From Lobosporangium transversale (taxonomy: Eukaryota), in assembly GCF_002105155.1 (NCBI RefSeq), contig NW_019028998.1, forward strand, positions 558,001-622,000: a stretch of 64,000 nucleotides of DNA. Reading direction: 5' to 3'. A program made the position numbers and the translations under genes. Of this stretch, positions 13,800 to 26,743 are shown in pieces (within the stretch, counting starts at the first letter, position 1; each line of letters begins with the position of its first letter). The notes below the pieces were generated by a model. The model did no database searches, was not told where the DNA came from, and saw only the letters and a program-made list of their open reading frames with translations.

Positions 13800-15017
13800 C
13801 CCATTTATTTGGAGTAGTTTGGGAGCAGGAATACAGGGAGAAGTCTCAACCCGAGGGCATTTTGTCAATTTTTATTTTTCAACAATAACCAATCAAACAT
13901 CTGAACGCATGGAGCGCTGATTGAGGGAGCTGGTTTTACTGACTTTAGTCGAATTCACGACAAAGGAACGCCGGACGGACCTTTTCAAGTAATTTTGGGA
14001 GGATAAAGTAGCAGCCAAGCAATAACTAGAAAGAGTGAAGGGGAGACATTGGCAATGGTATTTTATCCTTTCCTATTCATTTTGTTTAATGAGATCTTTG
14101 ATCCAGTTTTTTTTTTATTAGTTCATTCATTTGAAGTGTAAATATAACGTAATAAAGCCTATTTGGCTTCATAAAGCATTTTTTATTTTATTTTTATAAA
14201 CACTGTTCCAATGATGTGTCCAATGCACACCGACTTTTCAAAAGAATATTGATATTTGGGAGGAGTTCCAAATGCTGCATTTTCTTGCATGCAGTATCCA
14301 ATTTATTTTCGGTTCATTCACTCTACTTCATATGTTTTTGGACGGGCGCAGGGAATAATGACCAAAACCCATGCCCATTGCACCACATGGCTTCACGAAT
14401 GCAGGAGGCATCAGCTGATAATTGAAGATAACAAATGTTGGAAACACTTTTATTAGGCCCCAGATCATCGCAAGCTTCGGCTGCATAAGACTCCCTCCTT
14501 CTAACGAGGGTCCAGAATTATTAGGCTCATGCGACAAAGAGAATTGGTGTTCCAGGACATTTTTTCAGCCATACTGATATCAATCATAAATTGATTATTC
14601 GACTTTTTTTTTTTTTTTTCCTCCTGCCTCTTTTACCATGACTACCATTTTCGAAGAAGCCTATTCTTTAAGTCTTGATGGGTCAAGGTGGTCTTACCAC
14701 GAGACCTACGGTTGAGACACTTCATTGCTAAAAACGTTAATTAAAGCATGTTGCCACTAGTCTGGAACAGCTTTGTCCTTTTCCTGGCAAAGATATCGTC
14801 AATGACCGTTAAGAATAATAGCATATATTATATTGTGCATAAAATAAACTTTTTGTTAGCGGAAAAACGAGCAGTGGAGTCTAGTCCTAGTTGGGATACC
14901 CATGATAATCTTACATTGCCTTTCTGTCTTCTATTAAGTGTAGCTTTTTTTTTTATTATTTTTTTGTGCTACAGAGCGCGTAATAAACAGGTCAAGTTCT
15001 TGCAATTGACAAAAGAG

Positions 15018-16163
15018 CTAATTAGCCAGCACAGACTTTTGATTCGGAGCAGAGGAGGAGGAAGATGAAGATGATGCAGAAACCTTTTCCTCGCATAGCT
15101 CGCTCAAACGTTCCATTTCAGCCTGATCAACGGCTTCAATTGCCATCAATTGCTCATAGATATCGGTCTCCTTCACAAAAGGGTATCGACTGGCCATGGT
15201 TCGGAAAGTCAGGACTCTTTTGATAATTGTGGCAATCGTTCGGTGTTTATGCATATTCACCATCCATGGTAAGGAGGAAGATGATGAAGACGACGTAAAA
15301 TCTCCATCCCCACTGTCATGGCTTATATCATTACCACTAGCACCAAAAGTGGAAATGCAATAAAGATCACTGTTATAAAGTGGCGTACTCTGAGAGGGAT
15401 CTGTAAGCATCTGAGGTAAGTGTGGATGTATAGAGGTCTGTGCTTGTAGCATACGTTGGACATAAGGATTATTGTCTTCAGAACTAAGAGTCGCTTTAGG
15501 CCCCACGAATGAAGGGAGCTCTGTGTTATATAGTAAGTCTGAGAGGTATACTCCAAGAAAGGGGATACATCCACCACAGGCCTGCTGTTGTTGACATTGT
15601 AGTGGTTGCTCCTTTTCTAATGACTGGGCTCCTTGGAGTGAAGAAGCGGCTATAGTAGGGTGACTAGGGATTGATGCTCCTCCATTTCCACTACCAGTAT
15701 TGCTTGAAATGTTGGTGCCAATAGCAGTGATAGTAGGGCTAATAGATTGAATTGAAATTCTACCAAAGGATGAAGAGCGGTTGTGTGCTAGCTTGCCGAA
15801 AGAGTTCTGAGACTTATCCTTGTCTTTGCCTGCCATTTTACTGAATAAGCTCAGGCTCTGATACTTGCCACTGCCAGACATGAATGAAGAGCTGGAGATA
15901 GCTCCTGCTGACCCATCTTGGCCACTAATGCTGCCAATACCAGTAGTCGCACCACCCCATTCATCTGCAATCTCTTTCATAGCACTGCGAAGGTGTTTCC
16001 AGTTATGAAGCATGGATGTGAACTCTTCTAGCTCGTGCATGATCTTCATCTCCTGAGATCCGATACGGCTCCAGGTTCGAGTTAAACGCGAGACTTCATG
16101 AACTTGAAGCGCTAACATGATCTGGGTCAGAGTACTGAAATTGGAGTGGTAATAGCAAATCTG

Positions 16164-16199
<36 letters not shown>

Positions 16200-19100
16200 G
16201 GTTAGATATTATAAAACAGCAGGAAGGGAAAAAAAAAAAAAAAAAAAAAAAAAAAGGGAATAATGTGGGAGCAATATATACTTGTGCGATCCTGATAAAC
16301 TTCTCAACCACTTTGACTCGCATTTCCAGATCTGTTGTTTTTAAGATCACGGTCGTTACCCAACGGCACATCTATGGCAGGATATGTATATCGGACATGT
16401 TCATTGAGTTAACCATGGACGTTGGAAATAAACTAAAATAAGACGCACATTGCGCATGTCATCTTACCAAATTGAACCGGTCGACCAGTCGAGTCACATT
16501 GGGACTATCCTTCGTTTGACACCGGGTGGGGAATCGTTGTGTGTGAGACCTTGCGGTTTGTACAGTCTGTGATCGGCTCAATGGCCAAGGGCTGACTGGT
16601 CTACGCATTTTTGTTGCCGTGGTTGTTGTTGTGCCGCTGCTAACGTTAGTAGTCTGTTGTTGACCTACTTGTTGCTCAACTAAAATGGATGAAGTATCAC
16701 TATCCATTATATTCTTTTTAATTATTTGGTCTTTCAGAGTAACAGCAGGAGTAGCAGTAGGAGCAGGGGCAGGGGCAATGGTAGGTAAATCAGATGCAGT
16801 CATCGAGATGGTAGCGTCCTCTTCCTCTTCCTCTTCTGTTGGTGATTTCTTCTTCTTCCACCCAGCGCTCACTAATTCATACCATGGCACCTGATTCAAC
16901 AACTCACGCTCAATCAGACACAACTGCTGTGCAATTAGCTCTGATCGAAACCTTAATATCATGGGGACTGGTGGTGATGTTGGTTGGGAAGACCCTGCAA
17001 GCTCGCGCGTTGGAGAGACAATGTTTTGGAACCGTGGATTCATGGGACTCCGTTGCTGACTAAAGCTATTCCCGTAACTACTGTAACTGTGATGGTGGAG
17101 ATGATGGAAGTAGTAATTGGGAGAAAAGTCGCTCTGTTTCATATGATGCAGAGGTAAATGGAAGCGGCATGCCCCTACACTGGGGCCTCGACTCAAACCA
17201 GGAGATAGTTTTGGTGGATCCGATTTGATTGGTGCTACCATAGAAGTGCCACCACTGATACCAGCAAGGGCAGGGACAGGGACAGGGATAGAGGCGGGAG
17301 CAGTAACTTCCGATCCTGTATCACTGCTAGTGCTAGTCACGTTGAGCACCTGTAGATCTGAGCTTGATCTGTTCTGATCACTAGTACTCGATAAAGATGT
17401 CAGGGACAGTGAAAAAGTCGGCTGGTTAGCTTGGAGCGCTGCAATGTTGCTTACGGTTGCTAGGGGGCGAGGACGCGCCTTGCTCCGAGGCCTTCCCGGT
17501 GGATGAGGAAGAACCATTGGGGCTTGGATGGGATTTCGGGAATTCTGATTAGATTTTTGTTGACTCTCTTGGTTGCTGTTCAGTAACTTAAGTTGGCGTT
17601 GAGTCTCTTCCAGTGCAGCAATATAGGCAGCGCCTTCTAACAACTTCCTAGGGGGATGACCTAAAGGTGCAGTGGCGCTAGATCTCCCTTCTTGCAGGAA
17701 TTCATTGCTGACATCTTCTATATTCTTCTGATGTGAAACAGAGCTAGATATAGTTGTTACTGAGATTTTGGAAATGCTATTTGTCTTTTCCTTTAGTAAA
17801 GGTTGTTGCTGGCACTGGCATTGCTGTTGATACTGTTTCTGTCCCTGATGCTGTTGAGACAAGAAGGGAAGCGACGTATCCCAAGCCTTCTTGGTGTGGA
17901 CCTCTGCGGAATGGCGTCTTGAGGGCGGGTGAGCACGACCCAAGGAAGCATCACCTTGATGTTGGAGATAGTGATGATGAAGGTGATGATGCGTAATCGA
18001 GGCTGTTTGACGGTGTGGATGCAGGGCTACTGTGCGACTCTTGCTGCTATTCCTCCTGGAGTTAGGGCCTTGTTCAGGGCTGGGCCCGGGGTGTGTATTG
18101 GTGCCAAAGCCCTCGAGATGTTGCTGCTGTTGCTTTATTACGGGACTTTTAATATTTAGATCCGTCGAGCTAGTCACCTCATTGGAGGAAATAGCTCCAG
18201 AACGAGATGGAGAGCCTAGAGTCCCTGCTGCAGATATGACAGTACCTGTCGATGTTGCCGTGGGAGCTACCTGAGCGTCGTTACCACCACTACTGAGGTT
18301 CTGCACCCCTTTGTTAAGGCTCTCCATGAAACGACTCACATTTCCAAGACCAGTGTATTCATGAATCACTTGGCTAGGAGGCAAATGTCCCTGACTAAGC
18401 ACAGCGCCAAAGATGGAGGAACTACTAGAGGAATAGGTCATCCAGGAGGCACGGTCGCCATCCCGCTTTGGCGAGGTCCTACGGAGGCTACGGCTTTGAT
18501 TGTTATCGCTGACAGGAGGCAAGGTTGGCGCAAAAATAGGGCTTAGAGATCTGTTTTCATCATCATCAATTGCCTTCTCCTTTCTCTCTTCTGTTGCCTT
18601 TTCGCCTGCCTCTTTTTTATCTTTGTATTCACTCTCCTTGTCATCGAATTCATATCTATAAATTTCCGCCTGCTCCCAATCTTCCCTCCCATAACTAGAT
18701 GTAGTAGCCTCATGAAGAAGTGCCTCTTTGACAGTCATCAGTCCATCGAATGGTAAACTGGAGCGACGCCGCAAAGTCTTCGATGCCAAGAACTGACGCC
18801 TATTTTGGTCCAACATAGTGTGCCCAGGGCTCCTATTATTGAACTGAGCTAAAGTTTCTTCTAGTTGCAAAGAACGCCGACGATCGAGTCCTTTATTTTT
18901 AAATGCCCGTTGAGTTTGTTGGGCTTGATATTGGTACTGGGACTGGTCATGGTTCCTGCTTATAAGTTCCGGCCTTAAATCTAGTGCACATGTGTGGTTG
19001 GTATAATAATCATCGCTGTCACCATTATTATCTTGATTATCATTGTTGTTGCTACTTGGCCACCCATTTCTTTGAAAACATTGCGACTCTTGGTATTGGT

Positions 19101-22100
19101 TTTGATATGGGCTCACCATCACTGCTTCATTTCGATGCAGACGTCGCCCGTCTGATGGTTTGGCCATGTCATTTGCAGCCGTTGAGTTTATTGTTGTCAT
19201 ACTTAAATGAGCAGATGGAGATATTTGCAGGGGCTCTCTGGAAAGAGTAGTAATCCTGTTGTTATTGTCATTATTGTTGCCTTCTGTACATGACCTCCGA
19301 TGCCCACTATGACTCTGATGTTTTGCTGTCCCTGCATTTGCCTTCCGGCTGCCCTTACGGAGTCGGCTTACACTTCCTCCATCTGTGGCGCCCTGCAACT
19401 GGAGATATGTCGATGTAGAGGGTATTAAATGGTGCTGGTGGTTTTGATGATGGTTATCAAAATCCTGAGCTGACTGAGAGGGCTTGGGCATGAAGACACG
19501 CTTGACTTTAGAAAGTTGTCCAACTGTGGCACTCATATACTGTGACCATATTTTTTTCTTCTCTGCAAGGGGGGCTGTGGTGATACCGGTGGCTAAAGGC
19601 TGCGATGGAAGGTTTGTGTGCGGCTCTAGGGATGGTCGTCGTGATAAATCCAAAGAGGAATGCGCAAACGAGGGCGATGGTTCCATTGAGGCTTCACTAT
19701 GAGATAATGGCCAAGGTTCCTGTGCGGCATGAGTGGCTTCATGTGTTTGAGGTATTGTATGGCTCCGATAGTGATGAGATGTCTGCTCTAAAGTAGAGTT
19801 TGTTGAATGAAGGCAACTAGATCGATGGCGATAATGGCTTCCAGAAGTTACATCAGAAATAGGCTCAGTACTAACCCTAGCTAACTCTTGTCGAGATAGG
19901 GAATCACTCATCGGCTCTTTGTATTTGACAGAGTCAATCGAGAACTTCCGTGAAGGAACATTCTCACTGTTGGTAAATGTGCCCTGATTTTCTTCTTCAC
20001 ACTGATTGATTTCATCGCCTTCAAAATCCGTGTCATCAGTCCCACTATCGTCTTCATCATCATAGGTTGGTTCGATATTATTGGAAGCCCTTGGCCCTCG
20101 CTGGACCATATAGCGAACCGGTTCTTCATTAAGGTCTTCCTCCTGTGGATCGCTTGATAGTACTCCAAATGCGTCATTAGATATCGCATTACCAGATAAC
20201 ACATTGTTTTCCATTTTTTCATTATTTTGCTCCCATCCTACATTACGCTCGGTAGATGGTATGGGCTCCTGTAGTTGTTGTTGTTGAGGAATAGACTGTG
20301 TCCATTCTGGTATAGAAGGGCGGAGAAGAAAAAACGTGACAAGAAAGCCAGACTGGACATGATCAGCAAGATGTACAAATCGAGGAGGAGTCATGTTTTA
20401 AAATAAAAGGCTTTTATTTTTCATTTCATTTTTTGTCTGTAGCAAGTATCGCAACAACCAATCCTTTTTTGGTATTGTCAGAGGTTATTACGGCTTACCT
20501 TGATTTACATGCTGCTTCCGAAGTAATGACGACGCCGACTGCTGACATGATAATATACCTTGTTTTACAGCAGTCGCAGGCACTGTAGTCGTCAAAGGAA
20601 AAGAACATTGTTTTTCCTCAAGCGTCACCTGAGCGGCTTCCCGGCAATATAGTCTACGTTTGAGTTGAAACAAACGACGTAGCTCCCTAATGATTCGCTC
20701 ATCTCGAACACTCGTCAAAATAATTGGGTGATTTGCTAGAGATTTCAAAGACTGAACCAGCGTCCGCCTTAGAGCTTTGGATCCCATGAAATCGTATTCA
20801 AAGTAGTTCAGTAGCCAATGTCGTATTGTCACAAATGTTCGGACTCGGACGACCTGACGCTGTGGTGCGTTGGCGCCCTCATCCTCAATCAAAGCCCAAT
20901 AGAAACGTGCCAAGAGCAGTTTCAGAAGTGCCAAAGGTGAAATAAACAGCCGGTAGATGAGGAAAAAGTCCGTAAGAAACGTGTAGTCTAGTTTGTTTGA
21001 ATTGAGAATAATGACAAGTGGAGTTATTGAATGCGGCGTTAATTAAATATGATTGCTATTGTTACTGTCGCCTTTTTATATTTGCCTCTGTTTGGGTGTA
21101 TGTGTTTTTCCTTACCAATATCGCTTGTAAGCTTCTCAACCAGCTTCTCGACAGTAGCTGCCATGATGATACGCTCTCCTGGGGGATTCAATGGGTTATT
21201 AGTCCCATTATTTGTAGGATTGGAGCTAGTAGCTGATGGTTTGCCTCTTAAAGAGCCTGATCGAGTGATTGACCCTCCCAGGCGCTCGAGAGGCTTCGAA
21301 AGCCCTGGTAAGGCAGTTGAGAATAAACCATTGCTAGTATTATTGTTAGAAGCGTCAGCGTTATAGTAGCTGTTACTGTGATTACTGTTGGTAGGTGTGT
21401 GTCTGCTAGCCCTGGCATTCTCTGAGGAGGCTCCAACGCCTGTTCCTATCCCTATCCCTGTCCCTATGCTTGGTCCTATTCCCGTGCTCTCATTCTCCAA
21501 AGAGTCTCTCCCTTTTTCTTTTGGTTTGAAGATATCTCCTGCAGACCACCGTTTAACAACAGAGACTGAGGCTGTGACTGCGCTTGAGCAAGCTGGTGAA
21601 AAGGGTAACGGGCGCTCTACTACTGTTGTTGCTGTTGTTGCTTGCTGACCGTTAGCACCTGCTATCACGGAAGAGGGGCTGCTCGTAGCAGCATGCCCGT
21701 TATTACCATCGTTATTATAATTGCCTGAATTGCTGCTTTTGAGCGTGCCTTGCGGCACTACAGGGAGCGGACCAGTAGTATCACAACTTACTCCACTGTT
21801 GTTAATAGGGAGAGGGCTATTCCAGAGAATATAGGCTTCATTTTCGTCAGACTGAATGTAATCAAAGATCGATGGATCGTAATCAAACACAAATCCCTCT
21901 ATACCCATGTTTATAGTATTCCGATGTTGAAGATGAATATCCTTATTGTCGAGTCTACTGTTGTTGTTGCTGCTGCTGTATGTGTCAAATCTCTCTTTAG
22001 ACTCGCACTGCTGTTGCTGGTGTTCATTCATTCCAGTGTGTTCCCTTTTAGTCAGACTGGTTTCCACTGTGAACAGGGAGCCACCGTTATCATCTTGTTG

Positions 22101-23617
22101 ACCGTGACTACAACATAGCTCCTGCTCCTGCTGCTGCTGTTGTCGTTGCTGATCCTGGCTCATGCTTCCGGCACCGCTGTCCGTCCGACTCTTATCAAAC
22201 GTCAAGCCAATTTCAGAGAAAGGAGGAATGGGAGGAAGAATGAAAGGCGCAAAATGATCCGTAGATGAAGTTGTAGCCGTGGATGGTGAAAGAGGGTGAA
22301 AACTCCGGTCATACCCTTTGTTAGTATAGATACCCCTGGAGTGGTTGTTTTCCTCACTCTTCGGCCTGAATGGGTATACTGTTACCGCTGCTTCAGTCAT
22401 GTTATTGTCGTGATGATTGTATTCTTCAGCATCAAAAGCGTTTGGTCTCTGAGAAACAATAGTGGGGGACCATAAAGGTGATGATGATGTGCTCATGGCC
22501 AAGGCAATCACTCCAGATCGAGCTTCAGTAACGGGATGACAGGCCACAGCGGTGGTAGTGTTGATTGTTGCTGTTGTTGTCATTGTTGCTGTTGTCCAAG
22601 AAGAGGATGAAGGGATCACAGTCGCTGCTTTTTCTTCTGTTGCCGCGAACGTGGATAGGGACGGTGTGGTTTTTGTGTCACCCGAGATCATGAGTGGTTT
22701 TGTTGAAATCAAAGACGGAGGATGATTCGAGAGTGGTTTGTGCGAGGAGGGGAAGGGAAACGCAGAAGATGAATGTGAAAGGCTCGTTGGAAATACAGCT
22801 TTCATCTGTGCAACCGAAAACTCATTATCCTTAACGACTGTCTGACCAATATTACAATTCACAACAGCTCGTTGTAGGTTGTCACCTTGGCGTTCCTTCT
22901 GCCGTCTAATGGAGTTACCTTGATCTTGGCCAGAGTTAGATTCAACAAGGAGTGGTATGTTGGCTGCTAATTCGGAGACCTCTGTTAGCAAGAACAATGA
23001 TGGCGAAGACGGCGATGATGGCGTGGACTCTAAAGAAGAGAATATGGTGTCGACCTGTGTCATAGCCTCCGGTACTAGGCCTGAACTTGTTATTGGTGAT
23101 GGATCTATCTTTGGCATTGATGATGCATTCCCTGTTTTCACTTCCTGGGTTGTTGTTACTGCTGCATGTTCAGGATCTTGAGATGTGATCAATGGACTGT
23201 GTGCATGCAGAAAAAAAAAAAAAAAAAGCGCACAGGGTGCAAGGTGGAGGTGCAGGGGTACACAGTAACGCAAAAAAAAGGGGAGAGATTCAAGAGACGC
23301 GCCATTCAACGCAACAAATGAATAACCCCACAAACGGAAGTTTTCAAAGCGCGAGCGAGGGGTGGAGTAGATGGGAAGAGGAAGGGGACACGAGTAAGCA
23401 ACAGATAACGCATCAGATGTGTGTGTCCATTGAGTTTAAAATAAAAAAAGAAGGGCCAGACAGACAGAAGGGGTGTATCATGGTCAGTCAACACTGTATT
23501 AGTTCGAACACACTATCCTTGGGAACAAAACGCGTCAAAGTCAACTTACATTGAATTGAAATAGCCCGCTGCTTCGCTTGATCCGGAGGCTGTAGGCGTC
23601 GATACAATTGAATCCAT
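15018..23617 (-). CDS. Large Ras guanine-nucleotide exchange factor (REM + CDC25 domains), Lte1-like
   Basis: Proposed first exon MDSIVSTPTASG... (ATG 23617) splices in frame to the 764-aa ORF. REM motifs AATVEKLVEKLT and VRVRTFVTIRHWLLNYF. CDC25 motifs IAQQLCLIERE, VEKFIRIAQ, NFSTLTQIMLAL, CIPFLGVYLSDL, VNMHKHR. Long low-complexity inserts. Confidence 0.85.
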
Positions 23618-25811
23618 ATTGGTCAAAATAGCAGGGGAGAAGAAGAGGGAAAAAAGCTGTTTCAAGTGATCCTGTTCTTGTTTACAACAACACTGTGCGC
23701 AAGCTTTTTTTTACTGTGGATTGGTGTATTGATGGCAATAGGAAAGAAACAAAGTAAGCGTGTGTGAGAGAGAAAGAAAGAGAGAACAAGGCAAGTCAGA
23801 TCAATGGAAACACAATCATGTTCAGCCTTTTTCTTTTAAGCGCCAAGGTGTGCAAGGAGCACCATAGTTTAAAGCATACTGAGGAAGCGAAAAACAAAAA
23901 CAAGAAACAAAAAAAAATAATACGAGAAATGGTCCATGTTTTTTACACGGTTGGTAGAATATCGCTAGTGAGGGGCAAGGTGAGTGAAAACTAAAAACAT
24001 TTGCTGCCAACATTTGCTGGAATCCTCAGGGCACGTACACACAAAAAATAGTACCTGAAAGCTTTTTTCTCTTTTCCCTTCACTGGGTAAATATGGGCCA
24101 AGAGGGGGAAATAAGAAGATCGGGGAGGCGGGGGGGAACAATGGATCGATGGTGTTTTTGATATCTTATTACTTGTTGCTCAAAACGACCAGAACCACAT
24201 AGATTTATACAGCTTAATAATTTATAAATTACTAACTACGATTGTAATCATATACAAAAAAATAAAACAAAAATAAAAATGTGTGCTCCGTTTTGACTAA
24301 TGCATCAAAATGAATTAAAGGAATAGCGATGCATTCATCAGAAGAGAAAGGAAAGGATGGAATGAAATGGAACAAAATGGATGCATCGACTTGGGAGGAG
24401 AAAGAAGAGAGGGCTAATTTCATTCATTCACCTTGGTTCGCTCACTATCTTTTTTACTTTTTTTTATCTTTTATACTCCTTACCTTTGCCTCCTCTAAAT
24501 AAAGGCTGGTACCCTTCTCTCCACGTAAAAAAAAAAAAAAAAAAAAAAAAGCATGCATTTCCTAATCTAACAACTCTATCCATGTTTAACATTGCACAAA
24601 CAAACGCGTTTTATATTATATAATAAACCAATGCCTTCTCTCTTTTTAAAACATTATCATGTAATACCATTACATGTCCTGTCTGCTCTTTATTTTGCTC
24701 AGACTTTTGAGCTGGAAAGCAACGTAAAAAAAAAAAAGATCCATTTTCATCCTCTGAGCACTGACATTTTCTTCACCCACACGGTCATTTCATCATGGAA
24801 ATTCGTCGTATCGCATCAATTAAAATAACTCGAATACCCGTAGTAGTGCAAACAAGAGCAGCCAATGGCCTCCTTCTTTTCTCTAAAGAAGGAAAATGAG
24901 GGTCTGAACTGGATCCCCTTTTTCTAAAGTCAGTCTGGACTTTTTATGCATTGGACAATCAAATCTTGATCTTGAAAAAGTTAAAAAGAGCACATAAACG
25001 CCCATAAAGAAAGCGACCCCAGGCTGACTATTTAAAAAATCTATACTTCAAAAAAAAAAAAAAAAAAAAAAAACAGATCCTGGGCTCGCTGACCTTTTTT
25101 TAGTGTGTATGTCTTTTTTTTTGGGGGGGCCCCTATCAACAGGCATTATCGCGTCTTCTTGGTTTTATGTCCTAGAGTATCCATTCTCTCTGTGCTTTTA
25201 TGCGCGCATTTCATTTGTACCCTAGTAAATAATGGCTTTTTTTATTTGGATAACCGTTGAACTAAAACTAAAAACAATGGACCCCCCTTGTTATACACTA
25301 GAACTCGTGAACCTTGTGCATCTACTAGTGTATTAAGAGTCCATTATTATGACATAACTTTTTTTTCTGTTATTGTCTAGTTCTTTTCTCCATTGTCTTT
25401 TAATACGGGGCAGTGAAGGTATTTTGTTGCCATGCCTTCTATATTTATATTTTAAAAACAAGGCGAAAACACGCGTTTGATATCAAAGTCGATAGGATAG
25501 CAGTTCCCTCCTTAATCAGATGTAGTTGACAGCGCCGAGAACACATCAACACATCAATGATGTTTTTTGTGTGTTTGAATAGATTGACGTTGGCTGATTT
25601 ATTTTATTTTTTGTCACAAAATAAGAGTGGGGAGGTTGTTATTTGTTTGGATCACGCACAATAAAAACAGTAAAGTGTTTAAATTATCTCTGTTTCAAGG
25701 AAGAGTGGGGAGTTTTTGTCATATCAAATGATACGCCTTTTTCATCTTGGAAATCGGTATTGGCTTGGTTGTTTGTAGTACGGTCTCTTCATCATGATGG
25801 CTGCAAGGCTC

Positions 25812-26207
25812 TTATTTTTGGTCCTCGATAACAAAGACTATATCGGATTGGGCCTCCTGAGGATCCTTTCGCTTATTGAAGAATGTGTACGTGAAGGCCA
25901 TGTCTGCACTGGCAGCGGCAACAATAAGTGCTGCAATCGCTCCCTTGTTGTTCTTGTGTCCCCGAAGGAGTAGTAAGAGCGGGTTCACGTCTGCGTCTGA
26001 CTCGGAGGATGATGCTTGTTGACTGGAAGATTGGTCATGATTGCTGCTCTTGGAGTGTGGAGCAGATTTCTCTTGGGCACTGGGACCTTGAGGAGAGGCG
26101 GATTGTGATGCCGAAGATTGCAAGGATTCGGAAGGAGGAATCGAGGCGAAATAACGACGAAACGAAACCTGAACTTGAGGCCGAAGACGAAGCATAAGGG
26201 TTGCCAT
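25812..26207 (-). CDS. Hypothetical single-pass, probably mitochondrial protein (131 aa)
   Basis: Arg-rich, acid-free N-terminus (MATLMLRLRPQVQVSFRRYFAS), Ser/Gln linker, hydrophobic segment GAIAALIVAAASADMAFTYTFF. Confidence 0.55.
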   Translation of the reverse strand: MATLMLRLRPQVQVSFRRYFASIPPSESLQSSASQSASPQGPSAQEKSAPHSKSSNHDQSSSQQASSSESDADVNPLLLLLRGHKNNKGAIAALIVAAASADMAFTYTFFNKRKDPQEAQSDIVFVIEDQK

Positions 26208-26743
26208 TGGTATATGTTGTTTGGATAGTAAATAAAACTTGGGCGAAGTGCTTTAAAAAAAAAAAAAAAAAAGTTTGTTGGTTTATTTATATGGATGATC
26301 ATTAAAAAAAGAATTTAAGATTATCGATTTAAAATTGCATGCACTGCGCAACCGTAATATTCGAGTGGCTCTCAATCATCGGATGTGTCTACTTCGGAAG
26401 GAAGGACCACTCAAAGAAAAAGAAAAAGAAAAAAGCCCGTGCATAAACTTTTGTCTTACTTTCGGTCTGCCAAGTTAGTTTAAGGTACTTTTCTTTCTCC
26501 TGTCTTTTCCGAACAATCAACACACAGAGGCATCTATTCAGTAACAATGATAACTTTCTCAGCGGATAAATATCGTGTCATTCTCTTACCTAAAGCCAAT
26601 TGCTTTTACCCCTACAACCTATTACTCAAAAAGCCCCTCGCGTCTGATTCATGAGCTAAATTAAACTCGTTGGCAAAGGCAAAAAACACTATGCAGTTTT
26701 TCTTCTTCATTTGGGCTGCTGTGCTATCATATTTATCTTTAGA

